Assembly (NCBI RefSeq): GCF_001194135.2
Contig: NC_068984.1
Coordinates: 65,480,713 to 65,544,712 of the forward strand
Direction: 5' to 3'
DNA length: 64,000 nt
DNA from: Octopus bimaculoides
Lineage: Eukaryota
Under the pieces are notes generated by a model that made no database searches, was not told the DNA's origin, and worked only from the letters and a program-made list of their open reading frames with translations. Position numbers and translations under genes: made by a program. This document shows, one piece after another, positions 39,911 through 54,170 of the stretch (positions within the stretch are counted from its first letter, which is position 1; every line of letters starts with the position of its first letter).

Positions 39911-40976
39911 GATAAACAAGCAACTCTTAACGCTACAATATTTCTTTATTATCACGATAAAGAGAAATAAATTCACTTTAACTCTGCATCAAAAAATTAT
40001 GCTGACTTTCAATCTGATGTCTTCTACTCTATGAACCATCCTCTTTTCATTATACAAGTAAATTCTAATTTTACAGAACTAAAATTAACTGAGTGAATCT
40101 CATTGGATGTCTGTATCTTTTAATCTCTGATCATAGAGAGCTATTATGAAATATTAGCAAGTTCCATGTCTCCCAGTTACAACACTAACAAATAGGTTAT
40201 GATATTTGATGTTTCTCCCCCTTAGTCACATGCTTAATGACAGAAAAAGCTCAACAAACATGAAATATTTCTTCACAACAAGATAAAATGATAACTTTTA
40301 ACATAGAAATTTTAAACCTAATTAACTTTGTGGGTTTTATATTTTTTGAAGTTCGAAATAAACAACAATCTAACTAGCTGCTTGCTCAACATTAAGTTAA
40401 AGTGTCTAAAAGGTTGAATCCAGTTTATATCCAAGCATGAGAAAGAACATCTTAAATTTGCCCAACTATTTCTACTACATAGACCAAGGTTTGTACTTTG
40501 TTTTTAAATGATTCTGTTTTTCTTTAATATTTGATCTGAGTTATTTTCATATACACATACAAACAGATGATGAACCATATTTGCTACCAGTTAGATGTAA
40601 AAATCTCTTTGGCTTGAATGTGTTAACACATTTAATTAGAGAAACATAATAAATTGGATATAACAAGAAAGCAATAAGTGTGAGTGATTCAATAAAATTT
40701 TCTAATTATCATAGTTTATTTTTCATCCATGGTCATTATCACCAGTATTTGCGACTCTTATCTGACATCAACACCAGAATCGTCAAAGATATTTTTCTGA
40801 TTATACAACCTCAGCTGATGGATATATAATATACAGAATAAGATAAAATCCACAGATGTTTGACTGGTTCAAAAAGATACAAAAAAAATATTATAAAAGA
40901 AAACATTTCAACACATTACAAACTGTTGTAGTATGAGAACACGAAATGAAAATGTGATGTTATTATATGGGTTAGT

Positions 40977-40977
<1 letters not shown>

Positions 40978-41017
<40 letters not shown>

Positions 41018-41240
41018 TATTTATTGTCTCTTTTTCCATGCTAGCATGGGTTGGATGGTTTCACAGAAACTGCCAAGCCAGAGGAATGTACGATTAAAAA
41101 TATACCTGCTTTGGTATGGTTTCTAGAGCTGAATGTACTTCCTAATGCCCACCACTTTATAGTGTGTACTAGGTACTTTCTTTACATGACACAAACACTA
41201 GTGAAGTAACTGAGTACTCATAAGAGAAGACCCCTCAACT
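40978..41240 (-). mobile_element. family D short retroelement with (CAT)n tail
   Basis: (cat)n then ttttccatgctagcatgggttggatggttt..ttcctaatgcc; reverse of the 12554-12745 type. Confidence 0.7.
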
Positions 41241-43567
41241 TCACCAAGGTACCACAGTGGGATTGAACCTAGGACCATGTGGCTGGGAAGCTAACTTCTT
41301 ACCACACAGCCACATCCATGCCTATGCCAAGAATATCAATGTTTATTTTACCACAGTAAATTAATTGTATAAGTGACAAAGTATATGGAAAAATAGAGGA
41401 AAATAATATTTTAAGGTGTAAAATACAGAAAAACCTGTTCATGAGTGCTAAATGAAGAAATATGCTTTGTTTTTACTTCTTAAAAGATATATTCTAGCCA
41501 TAAAGATATGCAAGACACATGAAGCAAAAAATTTAGACAACTTTCTCCCAAACTTTTATTTATAATGTGATACTTATACTACATTAGTCAAAAGCAATAT
41601 TTCATTTTGATAATAAAAACAGAATTGTCTGAAAACACAGAAAATGTAAATGTGATTGACATATTTCTCTATGACTTACATCAATTATTTCTACATTTGT
41701 TCATGCTTACAAAATGACTTTAATATTAATTTAGTTATGTGGAAAGTAAAGTTTTTAAATATACGTATCAACCAATTTCTACTTAAACAAATTTTATATA
41801 CATTCTGGATTTATAAACCTATATTTCTATACTGCCAAGAAAAAAAATATATATAGTTTCAGATATAAAATATGACATTACAGAAGCATTATATTAATTT
41901 TAGGTCCCTTAAGCCAAGCAAAGTAATTTGATTGTAGAAACACTAACACATCATTATGGTTAAGAACAAATGGTTATGAGTTGAGGGGAATTGGAGTGAA
42001 AGAAGGCATTCAACTAGAATAATTATGACAGTAGATGTAATGCCATAACTGAAAATCTATGTTCATTACAAAACCTAACAAGTAATAATACTTGATTTAT
42101 TCACTGCATGTTATATACTTCCAATGAAATCATTTACATGAGTGCTAATGGTAAGCTAGCTTCATTAATTTGGAAATATCATTCATTAAAAAGAAAAGCA
42201 ATGCTACATTAAATTTTAAGCATATGAACTTCAATTTCATTTTACATGGAAGGTAGGTGAAGCTAAACAAAACTAGCTTAACTAAACATCTGTCTTTAAA
42301 AATAAATAAAACAGGTGAAAAGCATTTGAGTATCAGAGCTCTGTAAGACAAATATCAATAGAATATAACATAAAAGCAATAATTATGTCCAAATAGAAGC
42401 ATATAATAGTGATATTTATGAAGAAATTAAGAAAATTAGGTATAAAAATAATAAAAACAAAATTTTTCATTCCGAGTAAACAATGATCAGATTATTAAAT
42501 GTAAACCAGATGCTACAAATATAAATAATCTCAAAGGAAGAAAACCTTATTAAATTTTCTAAAGAATGAACCATTTAATTTACAGCTAGTAGAACTTCAG
42601 ATTAGTACATCATATCACAAAAACAAATATACACAAATGCTATTGAAGACTTTTAGAGAAACAATGAATAGCTGAGATCACGCAGAGAAATAGAATAACA
42701 AACACTATCAAATATTCTTCATAGCAGCCATATTATAGTCATAAAAAAACTGAGAATAGTCCTGGAATTGATAAAGTATTCAATTTCCAGTTAAAATACT
42801 TAGCATAAAAATCTGAAATAACATTAAATGTTATTGTACTAAAAATTAATAACACAACCAGACAAGCTAATGGAATGGAAAATAACATTATTTCCCAAAA
42901 TGCAATCACACAAGATCCTCAATGCAATTAGCTTCCTATAACATGAGTATTGTTAGAATACACCAAAAGCTTTGTTTGAAAATGATAGACATCAATAATA
43001 TGACACATACCTCTGCAGACTGAGAAGTAATTAAGGCTACTTTTAGATCGACAAGTAAGAGAAAAGGCAGAAATTTATTCTTGATCCATACCAGCCAAAA
43101 TTGCTGAATACCAAAAGTTGTCATGTTATAAGTAACTCAAAATTCAAATATATTATTAAAGCACTAAGCTCAAAATCTACTTTAAAATTAAATTATATTC
43201 AATATCAATTTCCATATTATACAAAGATAAATGAATATCATTCTTCAGATTTTGCACATCCAATATTCGAGTTTTAATTAATAAATAATTGCTTTCATTG
43301 CTATAATTTCCTAACTATTAGATTTACTTTTAGCAAACTAAGAGTTCAATTTGGTTTAATAAATGAACTGTAAATGCCTTTCCCTACACAAGCATTTGAA
43401 ACGTCTTATGTACCTATAATACATCATAGGAAAATGAAAATAGAAGGCAATTCTTAAAGATATCCAAAAACACTTCAAAGAAACATTAATAAATATAGCA
43501 TTGTTTAATACAATTGTTAGCCGCAAACAACTTATTTATTTTGTATTATGTATTTCCCCCAATACAA

Positions 43568-43646
43568 GAAGGACAATGAGGAGGAAGACAAGGAGGAGGA
43601 GGACAATGAGGAAGAGGACAATGAAGAAGAGGACAAAGAGGAGGAG
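43568..43646. repeat. 15-bp purine-rich minisatellite x5 (gaggacaatgaggaa-like)
   Basis: Five imperfect 15-bp units followed by (gat)n. Confidence 0.8.
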
Positions 43647-46600
43647 GTGATGATGATGAAGATGGTAGTCAAGTCAGAGGCAGCAGTAGAAGTAACAAAC
43701 TGATATTTACACATATATTTGAATGAATAGACTATGAAGACAAAGTAAACAAAAAGATGTTAATCATGAATAATATTATATGTTTATACTTCTTTTGATA
43801 GTTTGTTCTGTGAAAACAGACATTAAGTACATTAAGGAGAGCTGTGTGATATTAAGTTTCTATACTAACAAAAACAAAAACATCAAAAAATAAATGTGAA
43901 AATAATAGTTAACCTTCAAAGCAGCAGCATTTATTTCCATTGTTTATTGCTTTATTTATTTTTTTTTGTCAGTGATCATTAGAAATTGTTGAAAACAATA
44001 CATTTGGGTGTAAATAAAAATAAAAATAACAAAAAAAAGCCAAAAAAAACAGGAAGATATTGTAACAACAAAATCACTCATTAGAGTACATGTTTAGAAG
44101 AATCTTTTTGATTCTTACTGCTTTATCTATATTTTTTTAAATAATTCTTTTTGACTGAGAAGTGTTGCTGGTGATGTGCTACACCATATACTTTAAAAGA
44201 AAATAACTTCCATCGAAAAGAAATAAGCACTTGGAACAAAACCCTTTTTTTTCACTCTGTGTCTGATATGATTTAGAGATACTTGAAGCCTCCTCATCAA
44301 AGAAAAAAAATTTATAGAAAATACTTTCTTTTATCGTTTATTTTAAAGCCATTCTACCATACTCTCACAAACACACCTTTATTTTATTTTGGTAAATGAA
44401 GATTTAGAAGTTTTGGCTCACTTTTTTGTTACTGCAATTTCAGAAAAAATATATATTATGAAATGTATAATTAACAGGAATTTGTTCAGAATTTTAAGAA
44501 TACAGAACAAATTATGATCATAGACAACAGGATAGCCTCATTATCCATATTTAGTCAGTTAATGGTGTTCGGATATCAAAGTTAATCAGCTTTACCAAAA
44601 AATAGATTCTAATCGACTCAGCTATCAGAGTATGATTTTTGTTTTTTACTAATATTTTCCATCAAGATATGAGCTAACGCCCAAGATTAAGTAAAGATTA
44701 AAATTAATTTCATATGCTCTTAGTCAAAGCTTTTACATTTATTGCATTCTACAGATATACATGGGAATGGTTTAAGTATCACACATTTTATAAGCTAAAG
44801 GAAAGTTGTATTTTTCCGAACTATTTATCTAAACAATAATCAGACTTCTAACCAACTTTATGGATAAAAAAGAATTTAGTATTTTACTCTAAAACTGACA
44901 GGAAACGTTGAAATCCTTAGAGAACTTCAACTTGTGATGCTATGTATTTATAATAATATTTCTCTTTGAATGTATTTATGTGAAGAAACTATTATACATT
45001 TACATTTCTGTTCTGTTCCCCTGCACCTTTTTATACTTACATTTTCACTTAGAAAGCATGTTCAGTTATGTGCCAGTTCAATGATCCACCCATAGCAAAG
45101 AAAATTTATATTACACTAGCCAAGCAACTGGAAGAATGCATCAGCTGCTTATATATGAAGAAGGTCCAACAGGGATTGTAGTTTTGACTCATTTCATGCA
45201 TAAAATCCATGGATATGGAAATTTCACAAGAAAGTTGTGTATGATCTTGAAACATTCTTTTCCATTGAAAAATCTTCCCCTTCCCATCATAATTTCAAAT
45301 AACATTTGTCAGTCAATTTTTAAAAAGAATCATTTTTAAAGTTTTATACAAGCTTTTCTTTCAAAAGTTATTGACCAGTCCTAACTTAATTTTCTGAATA
45401 GGCTATGGATTGATTTATTGAGATTTCCAGAACAATATATGCTCTTTATATGAGCTCACTCTTGGGAAGAGTTAAGAATGGCAAGAATACCAATGCAAGA
45501 AGACTTTTGCAAAGTATCATTACTTTTGAAGATTGAACAAATATTTTACTTTTGCTGTTAAAATTTCATATAAATTATGTTTTTTCGTTTTGTTTTGAAT
45601 TCCGTTTTCTTCATTACTTTCTTTCTCTATAACTATCTTACAACCTTCATTCAACATTGTCACCTCTTTATCACTTTACCAACACTTTCTGGTAATCTTA
45701 TATACAACCTTCCAACTAATTTTTTCATTCATTCCCAGGTGTGAGATTTTGCCTGAAATGCTAGAATTGGCCTCTCCTTACAGTAAACTACAACTGATCC
45801 TTCCACATACTAAGAATGGTGGTAAAATCTGAAATGCTAATATTTGAGATAAGGAGTGAATATAAGAAAGTAAAAAGTAACTATTGCTTAATAAAATGAA
45901 AAAAATTATATCTTACATGAAGATATTAAATATTGAACAAGGTGACAATTAATGGCATAAAAAAAAAACTGTAAAACTTTGTAGGATTCAACCGAGGATG
46001 ATAAATTGTTGCTATAAAATAGCTAACCAGATATAAACAACTGCAAAAGATTATTAGAAAGCTTAGTTATATAAATGTAAATCATGAATAAAATAAATAA
46101 TAAAATAAATAATAAAACAAAACATGTCTTATCTTTATCTTTAACTCATTGGGGCACTACCCTGTGTGTTGAAATATATTCAAAAGATTCAGACAAAATA
46201 CAGACAACTTCAAGCAATTCTGTTTGTTTTATTCAACCCATTTTAAGAAAAAATAATTCCTTTGTCATAATGGATGTACAAACTAGCTTTGTCATTTTCT
46301 AATTTCACAAATAACATATTATTTAACAGAATGATAGAGTTGAAGCTGAGGAGAAAAATTAATGTTTTAAGGAAAATAGTATTTTATACAGTATAGGTAC
46401 AATGAACTGATTATATAAATATGCACTTTTTTTTCTATATTTCAAAATAGTCTCTAAGACCTTTCAAAAGTATTAACAAAATGCTTAGCCATTCTGTAGA
46501 CAATCACATTGATCATACACAAATGGCTCTTCTTATATTTCATTCTGGTAACAGATGAGAAAAGGATTTTAACTTTATTTATATAGTTTCTTTGTAAAGA

Positions 46601-47199
46601 TATTAGCTTTCCTTAGCAGCAGGAACAACATGAAACATTCGATGAAGCAAGAAGAGTTTAAACATTCAGACTTTTCTGGTGCCATCATCTGTAATTTCAA
46701 TGAATTCTGACTGAGAATTGTATTTATCCTCTTGCTAGTATAGGCAGTCAGTAGGTAGCAGCTACATAACAAACAACAGATTTAAAAGAAAGAACACAAT
46801 CTAAATGAATATTATGGAAGATAATATATCATCTTTTCTTTATGTTCCTTTTATAAAAGACTTCCAGCTATGCAATTTCTATTTCATTTTCTTAAAAACC
46901 CTTAAATAGAAAACTAATAAAATTTTCAATATCTCAAAACTGTTTTCCCTTTTTCTAATCAGTTGATAGCCATGATTCGTAATTATGTTATAAACAAGGT
47001 AAAAAGTTTTCGTTTACGTATTTGGTTTGCAGGATCCTGGAATGTAAAATTATGTTGAAACAGATTTTGTCACATCTTGGGAGAATCATTATGCCAATAA
47101 TAAGAACACATGATGTTTCCATTTCACTTCTTTAATTATTGTTAGTCTACTAGTTAACCATTTCATCAGTTAACTAATCGATCGTTTGATTGATTGTTC

Positions 47200-47720
47200 T
47201 AGAGTTATTTGAATGAAAGATGAAGGGAGTCAGAAAATTATAATTTGATCTGCACCATTTGAGTCTTTCTGACGTGGCATTGTAGCATGGGGCTACCTTT
47301 TTGAAGGTGGCTTCATCAGAAGATACATTTGAAACATGCCTACTTATATTGCTAACTAGTTGTCTCACGATGGTTGATGGGTAGTTACAGCATATATTCA
47401 TGTGAGAGGTCTCTTCATTAGGTTTATGAAAGAGTTTTTGCCTGTGCTAAAGTTCAACCTGATATCAAGCAAATTAACTTCTTTAAGGCTTGTACTAATT
47501 GTAATTTTTAAATGGAGCTGACTAAACAGCCTGAACAAATTTTTTTATTATCTCACATACTTGGTGGCCATTCCTATTGTACACTTCACCTAGACTGTTA
47601 TTACTATACAACCCTATGTTAACCCTCTTTATTTCATTGCTGAGTTTATGCAGGCTATACAGGTCAACCAGATCCACTGCAATATAAAAGTGTTCATTAT
47701 CATTCTTTTTTCTTTTCTAC
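47200..47720 (-). mobile_element. decayed Penelope-like element reverse transcriptase
   Basis: NIGLYSNNSL (47592-47620; cf. NIGLYRDDGL), VNLLDIRLNFSTG (cf. VNFLDVTFNLNTG) and NICCNYPSTIVRQLVSNISRHVSNVSSDEATF (cf. SNHPPSIIKQLP.SI.RRLS.LSSNE.IF). Confidence 0.8.
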
Positions 47721-47774
47721 TAAAGAGGAGGTTTTGTGGAAGAATAATGACTTTCTTGAATTCATTAAAACAAA

Positions 47775-48095
47775 ACTGGCACTTTGTCAGTTAAAACAAC
47801 AATGGTTCCAGTTGATCTGATCAATGGAACAGCCTGCTCACTAAATTAATGTGCAAGTGGCTGAGCACTCCACAGACATGTGTACCCTTACCATAGTTCT
47901 CAGGGAGATTCAGTGTGACACAGGATGTGACAAGGCAGGCCCTTTGAAATAAAAGTACAACTCGATTTTATCAGCTGAGTGGACAGGAGAAATATAAAAT
48001 AAAGTGTATTGGATACAACACACCACTGGAAACCAAACTCATGATCTTACAATTGTGAACCAAATACCCCTAACCATTAAGCCATGTGCTTTCAC
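47775..48095 (-). mobile_element. SINE family B (head type 2)
   Basis: Shared family B 3' block. Head similar to 140-436 and 60345-60540. Confidence 0.8.
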
Positions 48096-48251
48096 ATGCC
48101 TTGAATTCATTATAATGGTAATGTCAGTCTTGGTAATGGTTGTGTAAACTTTGCATAACTCAAGTGTTTGTAGGAAGATGTTTTGGAAGATCAAGGCTAA
48201 AACATGATACCAAGTTGGTTAAATTTGCATATGAATTTATCACTGATTTCC

Positions 48252-48720
48252 TTAACCCTGTCAAACCATGTTCCCGCTAAAGTAGGAATAACTTAAATGT
48301 CATCTCTGCGGATTCCCGCTAAAGCAATAATGAGCAACACACATAGAAAAAGAAGATAAAATTCTAAAATTAGACAACAATCATATTGCAACTTTATAGT
48401 GAATTGTGTTTATGGCTCATTGTTAATGCTGCCCTCCATTGATGTTGTTTACTTTTGATTGTAGCAAATAAAAGAAAATAATTTTGCAATGAAATACGAA
48501 TGTAATGAACTCAGCACTTCATCTTGTAAATAAGCAAGGCCTAAACTATGAAATTGAGGAACTTATTGATGATATTTATTCTTAAGATAATGAGTTTACA
48601 CTTATGCTGGCAATGAGAGGGATTCAGACAATCAAACTGGTGAAAGTGATAAAGAAAGTAGCAATTCAGGTGAACAAATACAGTAGTTGAGAGATAGGCC
48701 TATTATTGTTATTCTCTTGA
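48252..48720 (+). mobile_element. piggyBac-like 5' end remnant
   Basis: TTAA-CCCTG start, repeated subterminal ttcccgctaaag (two copies), then an acidic N-terminal-like remnant (EIEELIDDIYS). Confidence 0.45.
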
Positions 48721-49124
48721 TTTTTTTTTTTTCTGATTTTTTCCATCAGTTTTCCTAACAAATATGGTAACTGATAGAAAGCCTATTACTGTCACTCTAC
48801 TGAATTTTTTTTGTGATTCTAACCATTAGTTTCCTTGTAATCATTATTCTTGGACTGTATATGTAACTATTTTTTTTTTTTTGCTCAAGAGCCCAGATGG
48901 AAAGTAAACTTAGGCACAGGGACCTGGGTCTTTGGGGGTTCAACCCTTCAATAGTGGCACAATTACACATCCATTGAGTGAGGTTTCAGGTGACTCATTT
49001 TTTTGAATAACATTTTCTAAGATTGATTTGCTAATAAATAGGCACTGCACAATGGGATAGAGCCCAAAACCACATGCCTGAGAAAGAAAATGCTTAACCA
49101 TACAATTATAATCATTTTCAACAT

Positions 49125-49340
49125 CATCCTTTTAAGTTCACTTTTCCACATTGCCATGGGTCAGACAGAATTTGTTGAGGTAGATTTTCTACAAGTAGAT
49201 GCCTTTCTGGTCACCAGCGTTCTCCAGTTTCCAAGGTTATATTCTCCCATGATCAGACATGTTTACATGGAAATTTGGAAACATATGACACAGCTAAAAT
49301 GCCAGTGGTACATGCATACAACTATCATGTGATGACATGA
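49125..49340 (-). mobile_element. family D-related short retroelement (decayed)
   Basis: cttttccacattgccatgggtcagacag..agatgcctttctggtcacca. Confidence 0.55.
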
Positions 49341-49359
49341 CAGGTAGAAAATAAAACAC

Positions 49360-49510
49360 ACACACACACTGGGCTTCTTAGAGTTTTTATTGATCAAATC
49401 CACTTACAAGGCTTTAGTTAGCCCAGAGCTATAGCAACAGAAACTTGCCTAAGTTGCTATGCTGTGGAGCTGAATTTGAAACCATGTGGTTGAGAATCTT
49501 CTTACAACTC
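49360..49510 (-). mobile_element. SINE family A, 5' half
   Basis: gggcttctt.gagttt..aaatccacttacaaggcttt..aaccatgtggttgagaa. Confidence 0.7.
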
Positions 49511-49757
49511 TTTCTTTTGCTCTTTCTTTAAACATACACACACTCACACACACACATACACACACACACATTTATATAAATATACACACACAAATGCACA
49601 TATATGTGTGTGTATTGGAATATTCAGGGGAATGTTCCAATTCATGCAGCCTGTAGCCTAAATTCCACTTCTTACATATAAACTAGATTTTCAAACTGAA
49701 GCATATGAAAGACAGAAGGCTTATATAAATGAAGAAGTACATATTTTGCATTGGATT

Positions 49758-49788
<31 letters not shown>

Positions 49789-49790
<2 letters not shown>

Positions 49791-49909
49791 CCTTTTGTTC
49801 ATTCTCCTATGCAAATATTAATATTCTGTCATACATATGCACACATACACATACCCTTTTGTACATTCTCCTACGCAAATATTGATATTGTTGTACATAT
49901 ACACACACA

Positions 49910-49910
<1 letters not shown>
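49789..49910. repeat. 64-bp tandem duplication (2 diverged copies)
   Basis: acccttttgt(t/a)cattctccta(t/c)gcaaatatt(a/g)atatt at 49789 and 49853. Confidence 0.9.
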
Positions 49911-49979
<69 letters not shown>

Positions 49980-51098
49980 TATAAGGCACAAAAATGAGAA
50001 AGACAGTGAGGTAGGCATAAAATGACAATTCTAATTTTTGTTTTGCTTTTCCTTTCCATCTCAATTACATGTATTTTCTTCTTTTCCTACTTTCAATTTT
50101 CCTAAATTGTGTATATTTTGCCTCATTATTCAATGATGAATTAATAATTTATTTGATCCTATGTTAAATATCAATTATAAATGTGTTTATATATCAATAT
50201 AAAGTTAATATGATCAAAACCACAATTCAATAGAAAAACATATATTTCAAACTTTCTTTATTTGGCAAAGAGATGATGAATTGCTAAAATAAGATTCATG
50301 TTTTCTAAGAAACTCAGGAAAGTACAAACAGATTTATTTTAGCTGAAGAGAAAACCTTTCTTGATTACTCGTTTGCAGTAATCAAATAACTATAATGTTT
50401 GAAGTCTAATAACTATCCTTTGTGTGATAATTCACTAGATTATTTCTCAGTGTATTAAAAATTATGTCTCTTTTTATTGATTATAAATCAAGAAATCCAG
50501 ATTATATCATGCATATTATTCAAAAGATTTTCTCAAAGCATTCAGAACATGAAAGTTTCTGACAATAACTGAGAATATGTAAGGGTTAAAACACACACAC
50601 ACACACAGATATATTTCACCTGATTCAGAGAAAATGTCACCACCACCACAGCTAATACAAAAACAATATCATCAATCACCTTAGTGACAAAAGGAACATA
50701 AATGTTAGGTTGACTGTAATGTGCCTGAATATTGATTTTCATAGTATCTAAGTTAATAATTATTTTGTATAAATACATACTTTGATATGTAAATTAAATC
50801 AAAATTTCATATCAAATGATAAACACACCTATACACTACTAAAAAGGAACGCTGAATAACAAGTAGACACCTTTGAAATTGTTCACTATTTCAGATGGAA
50901 AACTTTAAATTTAGATGGCATTAAAAGGAAAGAACTCCTTTTGTAGTTATAACAAAACAAATTTTTTAAGGCAGTGGGGTTAAAATAGCAGTATTGTCTG
51001 TTCCTATTGAACACCGATGTTTAGGTTGCAATAAACGTTACTCTTATATCTGCTTGTATATAAACATTACTCATATATTTATATACAAGCACATAGAC

Positions 51099-51139
<41 letters not shown>

Positions 51140-51159
51140 NNNNNNNNNNAGAGAGAGAG

Positions 51160-51196
<37 letters not shown>

Positions 51197-52325
51197 TATG
51201 AGAGGAAAAGCAGTATAAATAACACAAAACTGAAGAATTATATACAAAAAGAATAGCTTTACAAGCTTCACATTTTCATATATTCTTTGTTTCTGAAAAA
51301 AAAAGTGATTGCATTTTATAATCTTTACAATAATGAGATCTTGTGTGTGTGTGTGTGTACGCGAGCACATGTGCATGCCTGTGTACACAAGACTAAAACA
51401 CTGCTATCACCTCTTCTCATCACCCACAACACTGCCCCTAAGAAACTCATACCATCTCTTATATTCAACCACCTCTCTGATGTAATGAAATAGAAGTAGC
51501 TCATATCTGACACAGCTTCTTAAATCAACCATCTCACTGCAGAAAAGAAAAAGTAGTAACCCATACCTCACACCACTTCTAACACCAAACATCTCTCTGA
51601 AGGAACCAAATTGGAAGTGTAACAGACAGAACAGTTTCCTGGCAGATGAGAGTCTGACAGCTGTGTAACTATTAAACAATAATTTTCCCTATGACAGTGT
51701 ATCTTAGCAGAATTCAATGATCAATAGAAAACCTTCCCACTGGTCAGTTTCCTTGCTGGGAACAACAGCCAAATCTCCCACATAACACACCCCGCAATCT
51801 AAATATATTGGATAATATATTACTTGATATAAAAGATGGCAGAATAGTTATGAATAAGAGGTCTTCCATTACAGGCTCATCTATTCAGAGCTGATCAGGA
51901 ACTAAATAATAATAACCAAACCTCAAGCCAACCAAAATATTCTAATTGGATTTATTTAATGGAAATTGAGAAAAAATCTCATTGTATATGGATGAATGCA
52001 TATGTATGCTGAGGGTGTAGATGTAGATGCATGTACGTTTACTCCCTTGTCTTGGACATCATATGATGATTGTGAATGAGTAACATCATCACACATGATA
52101 TTATTCATTTTCGATTTTCTTTAAAAATCATGTCTGGTGATGAGAAAATTGCTTGAAATTAGGTGAGAATATGCAACAGAAAGAACATATTAATGAGGAA
52201 TTATTACATTAGAGGATCTGCTAGCTAGGGAACATATGTAGCCTGAATTTTACCTGCTCTATTCACCCCATTTTGATTGTTATTAGCATTCATAGCAACA
52301 CAAGTTGCTGAGCATGACCTATACA

Positions 52326-52364
<39 letters not shown>

Positions 52365-53092
52365 ATAAATAAACACATACATACACATACATATACCTAT
52401 ACACATATACAGATAATAGTGTGTGTATGTGTGATAGCGCGTGTGTGTGTGTGTGTCTGTTTTTACATGCATGCATGAGTGTATGGTTTATATAAACTTG
52501 GCAAAAACCACCTAAAGTACTGTGTTTCTTCTAGTTATAACAACGAATTTCTAATAACTTGAAGACAAATGATATTTTTCAAGAGAAAAACAGTTTTTGC
52601 AGTAAAAGACCCTAAAATATTCTCAACACCAGCTGCTGATAAAGTTAGGTGTACTATTTTATAAGACACACATAGAATTCTTCAATAATATTTAAAATAT
52701 GAAGTAAATTTTATAAAACAATAAAGACCAATATTACTTGAAAATTTAATTCAGATATTTTAAAGGTAAAAAAATTGCTTCTAAATTAATGATAATTGTT
52801 TAAAAGCTTTTTACTGACACACTGAAATAATTTAAACTACGTCAAATAATATTTTGAAATAACAAAGCTTATGAAATTTTCTAGATTAGTTTCTTGAAAA
52901 AAGATCTCTGTATTATTATCCAGCACCACAGCTTTCATTTTCTCTTTCATTTGCTGTATAATGTTATTTTCACTTAATGCTAAAAATGTTTATGCAGTTG
53001 AATTTTAAGAAAGACAGCTAGACTGCTAATTCATACACACACACACGTATATATGTATATGTATATAGATAGATAGATAGATAGATGGATAT

Positions 53093-54170
53093 AGATAAAA
53101 CTTACTTGGAAGAGGATGCGTGGCATTCAATCATATAATGATATAAATATATATGCATATATATCATTCATATTATATATGTATATATATATAATATATA
53201 TATATATANNNNNNNNNNCGTATGTTAGTGTTCCATTCTAGTTTCCTATTCAGGCTAGGTTTCCCTTCTATTATGTGTGTAGCTTCAGTAATTTGTCTAA
53301 GTGCAGCATCACTGCTATGTGTAGATAAGATTTTAATTTCTATGTTGTTGATTGAGCCTCTATGTTCTTGCTCAGCGTGCTGGTACAGAAAAAATCTTGC
53401 AAAACAAATATATATATATATATATATACATATATCTACATACATACATGCATATATACATACATATATGTACATACTTACATCTGTACACACATACACA
53501 CACACACACGCACATATATATACATACATGCACAGGACATCATGAAACATGTACAACAAAGAAATATGAAGTATGAGTACATGGAACATGAATTATCTTT
53601 TTGAACAACGAAAGACACAAATGGAAAACAAGACAAACAACATAGAGAACGACATTTCATCAGTTGTTGGCTGTTTTTCTGCTCTCATATTTCAAGCATT
53701 TAACAACAATATATGCTTTCAATAAAGCAGTTGCTCCCATAAAGCAAATTAAATGAAATTTGGGATTCTGCAGAGGGTCAAAATTGGTAACACAAACAGG
53801 ACAGTGTAAACAAAGAGGAAGGACTGCTAAGCCTAAACGAGGTTGTGGTGGTGAACGTGTAAATCAAGCTTGGACAGGAGACAGACAAGAACACGTCTTC
53901 CTTGTTCCAGCTATAACAGAGAGAAAGAAAGAAACACAAGTTAGGAGAAGAAAGAAAGATGGGCGATGGATATGTGGAAGCCACATGAGCAAGGGAGGAG
54001 GAGTGAGGGAGAGAGAGTGATAGAGTAATAGGATAGAATAGTGGGATAAGATGAGGTAAAAGAATAAGAGAGAGAAAGAGAGAAAAACGAAAGAGTAAAA
54101 AGGTTGTATAGAGTGCGCATCAGAATTATTAAGATAAAACTTACTTGGAAGAGCATGCATGGCGTTCAAC
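53093..54170 (-). mobile_element. deleted Penelope-like element with GIY-YIG C-terminal remnant and terminal direct repeats (pseudo-LTR-like)
   Basis: Minus translation HAEQEHRGSINNIEIKILSTHSSDAALRQITEATHIIEGKPSLNRKLEWN (53220-53400) resembles the C-terminus of Penelope GIY-YIG. 38-bp direct repeats at 53093-53130 and 54132-54169 (22-nt exact core). Confidence 0.6.

Noticed and set aside
43548-43703. 51-codon acidic ORF MYFPQYKKDNEEEDKEEE..
   Set aside because: Explained by a 15-bp purine minisatellite. No splice or Kozak support.
48252-50589. A single piggyBac element from TTAA-CCC (48252) to GGG-TTAA (50583-50589)
   Set aside because: The sequences next to the two ends are not inverted repeats of each other. 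They are probably remnants of different families.
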